Positions 13,652 to 25,420 of a stretch of 64,000 nt of DNA are shown in pieces (position 1 is the first letter of the stretch; every line of letters begins with the position of its first letter). Under the pieces are notes generated by a model. The model saw nothing but the letters and a program-made list of their open reading frames with translations. It did no database searches and was not told the origin of the DNA. A program made the position numbers and the translations under genes. The DNA is taken from the NCBI GenBank assembly GCA_965202585.1, contig OZ241826.1:23064001-23128000 (forward strand), written 5' to 3'. The stretch comes from Thalia democratica. Taxonomy: Eukaryota.

Positions 13652-15785
13652 GGTAACGGGTCACTTTAGCACGAGGAGACACTTTTGCACGAGGGTCACT
13701 TTAGCACGAGGAGACACTTTTGCACGGCGTCACTTTTGCACGAGGGGACACTTTTGCACGGCGACTCTTTTGCACGAGGGTCACTTTAGCACGAAGGGAC
13801 ACTTTTGCACAGCGACTTTTTTGCACGGAGGGTCACTTTCGCACGAAGGGACACTTTTGCACGGCGTCACTTTTGCACGAGGAGACACTTTTGCTTGGCG
13901 ACATTTTTACACGGCAAAACTTTTGCACGACGTTACATTTGTATAGCGACATTTTTGCAAAGCGTAATTTTCGCACGGCGTTATATTTTCACGGATATAC
14001 TTATAAACTGCGAAAATTTTAAACAATCAGCCAATTTTGAACGGAGCTTCACTTTTGCACGCTTATAATTTTTATTTTCTCAAATAGAAATTTAAATCAT
14101 TTTTTTTTTCAGTCAACTTAAAAAATGTTTGCTTTTATACGCAAGTTTTTTTAAATAAATAAAGTGTTGAAGTTTTTTCATAAAGTTTTAATGTAAAGTT
14201 TTAATTTGAATTTTTACGTAGAACATTATAATAACGTAAAAAAATTCACTAATTTATATTTATTATCTTAATTTAAAAAAACTAGATGAATACACAACTT
14301 TAAATAAAAACAATTTTGAATACGTTAAATGAAAATAATCTGAATTTTGTAACTTTTAAAACAGAAAGATAAACTTAGTTTAGTAAGGCTTTTAAAATCA
14401 AATTTTGAGTATTATTGTTTATTTATTTTCTCTTGAAGTTAAAATTAGCATTATATAGTTGTTAAAAAGATATTTTAAAATTATCTTAATTTCAAACAAT
14501 TGTTAAATTTAAAAAAAAAGATTTAGTTAGTTTATGAAGTGCAAAGGTATTTCAGACTTCACTTGATGTTTATTTTTATTTTTTAATTTAGCGTGAGAAT
14601 AAAAAAAAACAATAAAACAGCGCATTTTTCATGATTAAACTTAGACAATTTCATTACTATAATGTTGCAGATCATGATAAGCCAATAAGAGAGTGACATT
14701 TGGAAGTTTGAACTTATGTTTAAGTATTATGAAGTATCAAGAGATGCTTACACCAGCATTTGAGAGCCAATGAAAGCCAATGAGAGCCTAACTTTAAAGT
14801 CCTTCGAGCGTTAAATTTTTTTTGAAGTTGTTAGTCAATGCACTTAAATATTCAATGTTGATCGTTCTACATCAAGGCGTAAATAAACATAAATTTGTGG
14901 TTAAAATTTTGCTTTTTATGTTAACCTATAAATTTTACATCAAATTATGTTTTTTATCTTTGTTATAATAAATAAATTATTTGTGTTAATTTATTTTTTC
15001 TTTATGTGTCTTCCAATTTAAGTGGTCTCGGTTTTGATGCCTAGGTTCATCATATGAACAATAAACTTGTAACTGTATAGTAAAATATATAAAAAGGCAT
15101 AGTTGTTGATTAATATATTAAAATTCAAAATAAACTAGAACAATTTACTCACACTTGAAGAATTTTTTATCGTAGTTTCTAAATAAATTAACTTATTTGT
15201 CCCTGGTATGAATCTTGTAAAATGATTTTATTTTATCTTTGTGTTAGTTTGTTTCTAACATTAACGTTTGCTGTTTAAGATTTTAGATCTTTAATTTTTT
15301 GCCATTAATAAAGGTATATTATAAAGTTTTAGTTTGAAATTTCTTTTCATGTTACAGATTTGGTAGTAGATAAAAAACTTTTAATCGGCCAACATGTAAA
15401 ATTGATTTTCCTTGCAAAAAAGTCATCGTGGCAAATTTCGCTGTGCAAAAATTTCATCGTAAAAATGTGACGTTGTGCAACAATGCTGCCGTAAAAAATT
15501 GTCATCGTGAAAAAATTTCGCCGTGCAAAAGTGTCCCCTCGTGCAAAATTGACCCTCCGTGCAAAAGTGTCGCCGTGCAAAAGTGACCTTCCGTGAAAAA
15601 GTGTCGCCGTGCAAAAGTGTCCCCTCGTGCTAAAGTGACCCTCGTGCAAAAGAGACGCCGTGCAAAAGTGTCCCCTCGTACACAAGTTACCCTGCGTGCA
15701 AAAGTGACGTCGTGCAAAAGTGTCCCCTCGTGCAAAAGTGTCCTTTCGTGCAAAAGTGACGCTCGTGCAAAAGTGACACCCGCCC
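13652..15785. mobile_element. 2134 bp foldback/Mutator-like non-autonomous element with modular TIRs and 10 bp TSD
   Basis: Perfect direct repeat gtatgggcta at 13642-13651 and 15786-15795. Arms of ~400 bp are built from tandem acttttgcacg units and their inverse cgtgcaaaagt. The ORFs called in the arms are repeat artefacts. Confidence 0.9.
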
Positions 15786-16770
15786 GTATGGGCTAAAATA
15801 AGCAATTAATAACAACGAAAAAATTAGCTTAAATGGTGACTACTTTCGCAAAAATCAAACGATATATTTAAGATTAGGCATTTGAATAACAGTTAATTTA
15901 CAAAATGATATGTCTGCAAGAAGTATATGCTAGTTTATATGAAATAATATTTTTGACAGAATACTATATTTAAAAAAGAAAACTTAAATCGAGAATTATT
16001 TTTATATGTATTTTTTCATCAATACAAGTTAATGTTATTAGATCCTGTAGATTTATCTTCATTAAAATTGAAATAAACCATTATAAATATCTTTTTTATT
16101 AGTAATATATCGAATTTTTAAATGATCACTTGTAATACATCAGGTTGAAAAAAAAAAGTAATTTAAATATAAGAATACTTTAGAATTTTAAGATTGTGCT
16201 GTTGCTTTTTCGATACAGGTAAAAGAACTATTACTGAATGAAATTATAATTATAAATGATTGATTACTGTTAACTAATTTGGCATTATAAAATTAATTAT
16301 GTTATAAGCTGAAACACTTGAAAACATTACTTGTTAAAAGCTACTGTCAAAAGTTGTTATTATCAAAGAATATAAATATTATAATCAGTAGTTAATGTAA
16401 AATAAATAGTTTTAGATCATGGTAGACTAAATTATAAAAAAACAATGAATTTCATTTAAATAGACTTATGGTGTTAGTTATATTTAGTATGCTAAAAAAA
16501 CTATTCAGCTCTTTTATTAGCAAGTGAACGTTTTAAACTATCTATCAATTAATTATATAATGAAAGGAAATACAAATAGTTGTACATTTTTCTGGTGTTT
16601 TGTATAACAGTGCTTCAGTGTATTGGACTGAAACTAAATGTTTTTAGTGTTTCACTAATGAAGGTATAGTTGAAAACTTACAAAAAGGTTTAACCTAAGT
16701 AAAATAGACACAAATGCTTTTTAGTTCAACTGAATTCGGATAAACAGAGTACATAAACGTATCCGTTTTG

Positions 16771-19760
16771 TTGCTGAATGACTTAAACCTTCTTTTTTAA
16801 AATACATTAAAATATATATAAAGTGAAGTCATTTGTTTTTAGTGTTAGTGGAAAGTCAATATTGTTTATAATTTTGTAATTTAGATTTTTTTCTTATTTT
16901 CATTAATGCTTGCCTAAGACAAAACAATGAAACTAAATGAATTAATTCAATTTAAATTTTTATCTAGATATAAAGTCAAGTATAGTTGTTTAATTTGCAG
17001 GTAAAATGAAGTTCTCATTGTTTCGTGTTGCATTCTACTTACTGATGATGAATAGTGTGGTACCATCTGAGTCGATTCCAAGCAAACCTACATCGACAAC
17101 ACTGTCTGATGAGTTTGCTAGTTAACTTGAATGTTTATTAAACTTAACAGATTTTAATTAAACCTTCGAAAAAAAAATGCTAATTTTAACTAGCTATCAC
17201 AAACGTTATACAATATGTTATATTAACTTTGTTTATTAAATAAAAATCAATATTCTAAAAAGATTAACTATATTGTTTATGATGCATTAATATAAAATCA
17301 ATAAAACAAATACAAAATATTATCTCATTCATTATTATCAAAAAAAAGTTTAAATACTATATACTTTCTAAATGTCTGGTGATAAATTTTCTTTAAACTT
17401 GTTTTAATAAAATACAATTAAAAACTTAACACAATATTTTAAAATTTTATTAAGACAATATGTTAGTGAACGTAAAAACTTACTACATTTATGTTTTAGG
17501 AAGACAGTTTTTTCAAGAATTTTCAGTTAAATGGATTCTGTAAGTTTAGTTATTTTTGTTTTAGTTGTTGTATTAAAACAGTCTAACAAGAGCTAATCGA
17601 TAAAAAATTAACTAACTATTATATTAACATTTAGACATATTCGAGGCGTGTCAAAGCCCGCAAGATGAAAATTGTTTGGAAGCAGCTGTCGTTAACTCGG
17701 GTGAGTAATAAATTAAAACAATTTTTTACTAAGCTTATAATTATTTTAAAATATTTTGCAGAAATTTGTAAAAAGAAGAACGGCTTATCACCATACGATT
17801 TTTGCATTAGGATCAATATTGGACAGGAATTCTTCTTCTTAATTGGAAAAAATACAAATATGTATCCTACAGACCGTAAGTTATAACTAATATACTTTTC
17901 TAGATTATATATACCAGTAAAGTATGTTTAATAAATAATATTTAATTATTTAATTTCAGATTTGTCTTTTTTTATCAAATTTAGCAAATATGTAAAATGT
18001 TACACTTAGTTTAAGAATTTATCACTTTAATTAGTTCTTTTTTTTTTTTGCACTTGATCTCTTAATGATTTTAACTAAAATAAAATTAACAGGAGAATTC
18101 TGCAACAATATTTGTCCTTTCGGATGCAATAAAGCATCGATCGAGCTCGGAAATAAGCACGTGATCCAAAACTTAGCTCTTTGTGACGTGATGGTATTTA
18201 GTTGCCCACAAAAATCTTCATCTGTTACGATGTCCGATGTAAGTTGATTTTAATATTATTTGAAATTAACAATTTTGAATGCAGTCCTAATAAATGTTTT
18301 ATCAACTACAAAACTTTAGTTGCTAAATTTCATAGAAAATAAAAAGCTCCTAACTATTATCAAAATATAATTTCATATTGTGTATCAATATTAAACGTAA
18401 CTTTTCAAAATTAGTACAATAAGTATATAACTTAAATTAGCCTTGTTTTAAAATTTAGCTTAAAACTTTCGTTTTTACTTTATTTTTAGGTTATATTGTT
18501 ATTACGTTTTGTTTTTAAAGAACTATAATAAGATTAACCTAGTTGATCTTCACAGGGTTTCTAAAAGAAAAGAGTAAAAAATTCCTATTTTCGAATACGC
18601 TCAAACTTATGTTCTGAATTCTGAGTTTCGTAATGAAACGTTTCTATTTTAATTAGTTGTGTTTTTTTTTATATTTATTTTCGTTATAATGTGCTCCTCA
18701 TTTTGAATTTGTTGTGAAAATATGATAATGAATAAACTTGAAAATGTAAATGAGCTTGTTTTTTTGTTTAATTATAATGACCAAATAGCTAAAACAGTTA
18801 AATTATTAACTTAAAGTTTTGCAAATGAACGGCTCAAAACCTTAAATTTTAAATACACAATAGTGCTGAACGTTAGCTAGATTAATATTAAGTTTTAGAG
18901 TTACGAGAAGTGTAATAGACAATTTTGATGAATGAAAAAGAAATGTGTATTTGAACAGTAGATAAAATGACGCTTAAGTTCGAAAAAAAGTGAAAATTTA
19001 AAATTAAATGTTTGTAAATATTTAAACAAAACTTTCAAACGTTAAGCTCGTTTATAAATGCATCAATAATTAAATATATTCATTTTTTCATCAGCTATTC
19101 TGAGTTGAGCCTTGATAGTGTCATATCAATAATATTATGGAAACATTTTGTGAAAATACCGACATTATTTTTTTATACAGATAAAAACTGTTATAAACAA
19201 AAACATTATAAAATTGACATATCATAAAATCTTCAGCAGTCTTTCACTTGTTAGATAAAAATTGGTTTTAAGTTTTATTCAGAACAAATGAAATTAGTCT
19301 AAGGTGTAAAAATAATTTTTATAGCTCTTAAAACACTTAAATACACTGTATGTTATTTTAGTAGTCTTTTTTTAGTCCAGCTCTGTTTTTCAAACGTAAA
19401 AATAAAGTTCGTCTTCTAAAAAAAAAGTGATCTATAAATATTCTAATAATTTGTTTATGAAGCTTCTATTGTGAATATTTAAACTTTTAAAGTATAATAC
19501 ATAAATATTCAACCTGATCGTTTTAATTTAAACAACTCGTAAATAATTTATAAATTAAAAAAATTTAATAATCTTATAACGAATGTCAAATTTAGAAAAC
19601 TTAAAACATCAAAAACTAAATGTTAAAATGCCAAGATAAAGATAACATAAAAAATATATCACTTTTCTGAAACTTCATACATTTTCGAAAGTTTTGTGTT
19701 TACTATAGTTCTTACGAATTAACACTTTATTTATATATTTTGATTAATTAAAGTATTTTT
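16771..19760 (+). repeat. Segmental duplication copy 2
   Basis: Colinear with 1-2970 throughout. Confidence 0.95.
17006..18247 (+). CDS. 5-exon secreted cysteine-rich protein gene, copy 2 (161 aa if spliced as modelled); first donor is GC
   Basis: Exons 17006-17116, 17500-17539, 17635-17700, 17762-17875, 18093-18247 give an open 486 nt CDS with 9 Cys. The intron 1 donor is gctagt (gttagt in copy 1), and there is an Arg in the signal h-region. The last exon contains a gtaagt, so the gene may continue. Confidence 0.6.
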
Positions 19761-21314
19761 ACGCTAAGATTTAACAAAGTTAGTTATACAATTATATTAA
19801 TAGTGTTTAAAGGCGCATTTTTCTAGTAGCGATTATAATTAAGTGTCAATCAAAAGATAAACTAATTTTAAATCAGGAAATACCTGGGGGTCGAACTACC
19901 AGAGCTTTTGCTTAAACTAAATAAAAAATTTACATTAAGTTTCACGTTTTATAGCTTAACCTTTATAAACGTTTCTTTAAATAAACCCTGTTTCAATTGT
20001 ACTGATACTCTGCAGGCTACTATGGTCTTTAGCTTTACGTGAAACTGCCTTTCTAACTGGTTCTGCAGTCTCGACAGGAGCCAGATTTGCAGTAGTTTCT
20101 AGGAAATATTTATTTTTGTTTGATACATCGATCTGCGACCGATTTTGAGGTGGTTTATTACCTTTTTGATACATTTTAATGATTTGTATAACTTTATCAA
20201 TAAATCAGCAGAGTTTCTTAGATTAGCATTATAATGGTTGAATTGCTTATCTTTGTTGTTCAAGTTATACACTTTTGCTTCAAAATTGATTTTATAAAAA
20301 ATATAAAATAAAGATTCCTTACACTTAAATAATAGAAAATTAACAAACTATTTCAATCTCAAAAACTATTTAAAGTTATACAAAAAATAAAAAATGGCTT
20401 GTAGATATTGATAAGACTTACATACAAACTTTTATTTATTCTAAATGTACACTTTTTTAAGTTGTGGCCCTTTAACTTTTCTTTGACATTTTGAATTGTC
20501 AGAATTTTAACATCCGAATTTAAATAGTCCTACACCCCTAAGAGAAACGATTTACACACAAATTTAAAGAAATATGACATGAATTGTGGCCTTGAATATT
20601 ACCGTTTAAGCGCTATTTTATCCATTTGTTTTAATACTACTAAAACCTGTCAAGTGTCAATACTACGTAAATAGTATGATATTATGCGTAAATTAGTAAA
20701 AAAGAAATAATAACAAAGAAAAATATTAAAAAGTTAATAAACATTTGACTTATCCAAAATTTACCGGTTTAAGTTAAATAAAAAGAATTCATGCTCACCA
20801 AATCATGACCACATTAGTTTAGGCTTGCTTTCTCATATATTTTTATCCCAGGGTTCTGTACAATAAAGCGAGATTTTACCTAAACATCCTAATATGACCT
20901 TTTTCGAAAATGGCCTGTGCGTACCAGGGAACTACTTTTATAATTATTATTATATCGAATAATAGAAAGTTATTATATTTGGACAAATTTAACTATATTT
21001 ACCTTAATTTTTTAAATAAAATTATTCTAGCTAAAACAATAACATTGATAGTCAAAACATATAACAACAAGTTTACAACTAAAACAAATAAAAATAAACT
21101 TTCAAATTTTTGACTTAGTTAGACCTTACTTTTTAAAATAAAACAATTTGTTAAGTATTCAAATTTTTTACATAAGATCAAATCCTGCTTTAACAAAAAA
21201 TTTAAACGTAAGATCATTTCTTTCAGTAAATTTTATTAGTGAGTAAAGCAGAAAGAAAAAAAAAAAGACCATCAAATTTAATCTCTGAGGGACCTCAAGT
21301 CGCTTAAAGACATT

Positions 21315-22538
21315 TTATCCAATGAGGAACACTCGCTCAGCTTTCTGCCTTTTTTCTTCTGAAAGCTTCTCTATCGAACAGTGTTTAGAGGCGGCCATCC
21401 GAAACTGAAACTCATCGCCTTTCATTTCCAAGAACTCACCGCAATGGTCGCAAAATCTGACCCCGGCGTAATCGGACAGCGTCACCAACACCTTGTACTT
21501 ACCGCTGTTCAAAGTTGCTCTCAGAGAATAAGTGCCATAGTTGTATGTTTCGCCGGACTTATTGGTTTCTAAAAATACTGAAGCAAAAGTAATTTCGTTG
21601 TCAGAGTTGACAATAAAAATTGTGGGGTCCACTTCGAGATCGTGTATTGTGATCAGGTTTATCAGCACCTCCGTGTCGTCCTCATCAACCACCAGGTCGT
21701 AACCCATGAAATTTATATCAAACCGCGGTTTCAGCGCAGGCCAAGTTTCGTTGATCTCCACAGAAGTTTCAATTTGCGCCATTCTGAATACACTGCTTTC
21801 GTTGTAAGAAATGTACAGCGCTTCCAGATTTTCGTAGAAGTCGCTTTCGGTAATGCGATGGTATGTGCCGTGCGGGTTGTAAACCTTCGCCACACCGTCA
21901 CTCACGTCAAGCAGAGTGTAACAATGATACTCGTGCGAGTTCTCTGGCTTCTTGAACGTGACCAGCATCGGAGAATTGGTCTTTAAACCGTGGTTGACAA
22001 CGTCGCTTGCTTGGAACGGCAGCGTGGTTGAAAAAACCGGAAACTCTTCGAAGTAGCCGTTGGTGAGGCTGGTCAGTACGGTGGTGGCGGGCACCGCTCT
22101 GCAGGACTCGTACTCGCCGTCAAAGTGCAGATCGACCAGGGCTTTCTCGAGCAGCGGGCCGACAACGTCATCGTTCGCGCTCGTCGAGTAAACCAACTTT
22201 GAGTTTGTCCTCGGCAAGCTGTCCACGTCGACCGCGACCCGATGAAGTTTTCCGAGCTTGTGAATGTTGAATTCAAACTGTTCGTCGCCTCGTCTGAAGT
22301 TCACCACTTTGTTGTACAACTCGGCGTTGCTCGCCAACGTGGCCATTGAGGCAACGAGACAGCAGTTTCCTAAAGCTTTGCTTTGCACAAAGCTTTTCTC
22401 GCTGATGACGTCATCAAAGTTTTGGCCAATGTAACGTGAATCCGTTGCAAGAACACCATTGTAACTTGGGCTATTTGACAACAGCACTGTCAAAATTGAG
22501 AAAACTAGAAGTAGTTTATTTATGTTAAGCTTAAACAT
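21315..22538 (-). CDS. Intronless atypical calpain (CysPc plus C2-like/CBSW domain, no PEF) with N-terminal signal peptide, 407 aa
   Basis: QSKALGNCC (QGxLGDCW), LLEKAL, HCYTL and YNPHG give a Cys70/His216/Asn232 triad (numbered from ORF Met 22571). The C-terminus is beta-sandwich-like. The second Met (22538) follows a ttttcag acceptor by 2 nt and starts MFKLNINKLLLVFSILTVLL. Confidence 0.85.
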   Translation of the reverse strand: MFKLNINKLLLVFSILTVLLSNSPSYNGVLATDSRYIGQNFDDVISEKSFVQSKALGNCCLVASMATLASNAELYNKVVNFRRGDEQFEFNIHKLGKLHRVAVDVDSLPRTNSKLVYSTSANDDVVGPLLEKALVDLHFDGEYESCRAVPATTVLTSLTNGYFEEFPVFSTTLPFQASDVVNHGLKTNSPMLVTFKKPENSHEYHCYTLLDVSDGVAKVYNPHGTYHRITESDFYENLEALYISYNESSVFRMAQIETSVEINETWPALKPRFDINFMGYDLVVDEDDTEVLINLITIHDLEVDPTIFIVNSDNEITFASVFLETNKSGETYNYGTYSLRATLNSGKYKVLVTLSDYAGVRFCDHCGEFLEMKGDEFQFRMAASKHCSIEKLSEEKRQKAERVFLIG

Positions 22539-23551
22539 TTCTGAAAAGAAAATTGTAGAATCGTCTGGCATATTTTCTAACTATTCTAAACTTAAAATTT
22601 TAGGTTTAGTATCTGTATAATTTACAAAATAAATAAAATTAAAAGTCATCAGATATAAACGGGAAAGACTTTGCTACTAATAAATGTACGACTCTATATA
22701 TGAAGTATAAAAAAATATTTAATAGTTATTATTAAACAAACATAAAGTGAAAAAAATATTTAATAACTTAAAAAACTTATTTATACGACTGTTTTAAAAT
22801 GAACACAAATTTAATACTTTAATTGTTTAAAATCCCTTACAAAGTGTAAGTTAGAAAAGTATCTTTTTATTTAATGATTGAAAAAGTATAAATATTTTCA
22901 ATGCCTATAGTTTATAAACTAAGACTTACTAAATCTTAATTTTTAAATATTTTATATATAAAGAAAGGCCGCATGACGATCAAAGCTAAAAAACATAAAA
23001 CTAACAACAGCTAGATTTTAAAAAGTTCCAAAAGTAGCAAGCTTTATAGCAAATTCAAGATAGTGAATATCTGTGCACATTAAACTTGATAAAAAAGTGT
23101 GCACCTTAAATTTTACTTTAGTGGCTTACTAGTTTTAGTTCAACCCAACACTTTTAACTGGTCACACGACCAAATACTTTAAGCTGAAGCCTGATAAAAG
23201 TTCGTTTGTCTTAACTCACAAAACTTTAACAAAATGATGATAGAATTAATCTGTTATTTATCTTACTAAAGATTATTTTTATTTTACTGTTTTTATTATA
23301 GAAAAAGTTTTTTATTTACATTGCCCACGTCTAACAAACTCAAACAAACTTACATAGTCTGTGATACCTACTGTAACTTAGCACTCTTAGTGTGCTCTTA
23401 TTAGGTATTAGTTTTGTATAGTCAACTTAATGTTGAAACAATAAAAAAAACAACACAAAATAAAAAAATGTAAAAATAAAGTATATTAAGGCGCTGTATG
23501 TTGTAAAAAAGTTATTAGTAACCAAGTCTGTGTACTTGAAGAGAATGAGGT

Positions 23552-23949
23552 TGTAGGGTTATAGCGTACAATTACACTAAAAACCATAATTAATTTTAAA
23601 CTTAAATTATACTAAATGCTGATATTGAAAAAGTAATAAGGGCTCTTCTACATAAAATGAATGAACATATTGTATTAAAGAAGAATTGCAAACACTTACA
23701 AATATATAAAGAACATCATACTTTAGAAATTACTTTAAATGTAGTCAAAATTTAAACATAAAACAATCTAACAAGAATATATTTTAAGAATGTAAAAATT
23801 AAATAAAATTCAATTAATTAGAATTTGAAAAAAAACTATTATAAAAAGCAACATTGTTAAAAAAATACTTTAAATAACACAATTAAACAACATAAGTGTC
23901 TATTCAACATGAATAATATGTTAACTGCAGCTGGCTGTGGCTAGAATGC
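23552..23949. repeat. ~400 bp duplicated segment, copy 1 (copy 2 at 25790-26188)
   Basis: Shared tgtaggg...aaatatataaagaacatcatactttagaaattactttaaatgta...ctgcagc.ggctgtggctagaatgc, at an offset of ~2.24 kb. Confidence 0.85.
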
Positions 23950-24479
23950 TAGAAAGAGAATCGTCACTCTATTTATCCACTGCATTTTCGTTGGAAGATA
24001 TACAATAACCTTTTTTCATAAACAAGAAAAAAGTTAAACATATCAAGCTTTAAACTGGTCTAAAAAATACTCATTTTTTTTATACAAAGATTTAGGCAAA
24101 CTAAAAATAAAATAACTAAGCAATTTTTACAAACAGTCTTTCAGTTATAAAATTTTTATACTTTTTCATAATCAAAAAAAAGCTAATGTGTTTTACTAGC
24201 TTCAACAATTTATTTTATCTTTCGAAATAATATTAAACATGTGTCTGATTCTACTATAAAGATTGCAGAACTTTAAAAAACAGTTAAATAAAAAAATTAC
24301 TAAAAATTAACTTAAATGTCATGCCTATCCCGTAAGATACAAACTCCTAAAAAATTTCAGCAGTTTTTGTTGGTCTTCGCTGTCTTAACTTAATACGTAA
24401 TTTAGATTTAAGATACTTTCATAGATTTTAACATTACTCACTGTGACTTAAGTTGGTTTTCAACCCTTTTTTTACTTAT

Positions 24480-25420
24480 TTGGAGTTATATTTGCCAAAA
24501 TTTGTTACTGATTTGGGCTTATAGTTTGCTAATATTTTGTGAATTTGGCTTATAGTTTTCCAATGCTTTTGGATTAAGCTTTTGGTTTGCCAATACTGAT
24601 TTACGCTTATTGTTTGCCTGTAATTTTTGGCTTGGGTTTGTAATTTGCCAATACTTTTGTTAGACTTAAAATTTGTCAGTTCAAATTTGACTTGTGGACT
24701 TAAAATTTGTTAGTTCTATTTTGACTAATGGAATAAAATTTTGTGAGTTCTAACTTGACTATGTAGAAATTAAATTTTTCAGTTCTGTTTTGATTTATAG
24801 ACTAATAATTTGTTAGTTTTATTTTGACTTGAAGACTTAAAACTTGTCAGTTCTACCTTGAATCAGGGTTGCCACTCGTTTTTACAAAAAAAAATCCAGG
24901 TTTTCCAAGTTACTCGAGGTTTTTAAATTTACGCATTGTTTGGTCTATTTTAGTTTAAAGTTAAGTTTAAGGTAAGAAACTGTTTTAAATAGTTTTAAAA
25001 CTTTAAAAAGATATTGTAAAGCATTTAAATATATTTTTTAGTAAAATAATTTTTGGTGATGACAAAAATTTTTGTTAATATATATATTAGACCTTAGAGT
25101 TAAATTAAAATTATACTACTTAAAATGTTAAAATTTTTTAAATCTCAGGTTTTTTCAGGCTTTTTTAAATTTATTAAAATTCCAGGTTTTTCCATTTTTA
25201 TTCCTGCTAAACTTTCAAATTCCAGGTTTTTTTAAGGTTTTTCAAGGTTTCCAGGTAAAGTGGCAACCCTGTTTGAATGTTTGGACTAAATTTTGTCAGT
25301 TCTAATTTGACTTTTTGAACTTAAAATGAGATAATACCCTTTGTGAATTATTGATCAAATTTTGTCACCTACTTTCTGTGATTTAAAGACTTAAATTGTG
25401 TCAATACCCTGTGAGCTTTA
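24480..25420. repeat. Degenerate ~30-34 bp minisatellite interrupted by a MITE
   Basis: Repeated unit gtcagttctaatttgacttgtggacttaaaattt at 24677-24863 resumes after 25272. A variant unit (ttgccaata..ttgggctt) occupies 24480-24670. Confidence 0.75.
24864..25271. mobile_element. 408 bp hAT-like MITE
   Basis: Perfect 12 bp TIR cagggttgccac / gtggcaaccctg, flanks cttgaat / tttgaat (imperfect TSD), and subterminal ccaggttttt repeats. Related right ends occur at 57765-57776 and ~62407-62416. Confidence 0.9.

Noticed and set aside
13720-15805. Several 60-150 aa ORFs (TFARR/LLHE repeats) on both strands
   Set aside because: They are translations of the acttttgcacg tandem arms of the foldback element and are not genes.
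19977-20174. 65 aa minus-strand ORF, and the exon-like plus-strand SGNLIKETMHRERLQEIKRK* at ~4251-4313
   Set aside because: No recognisable domain, and I could not link them to other exons.
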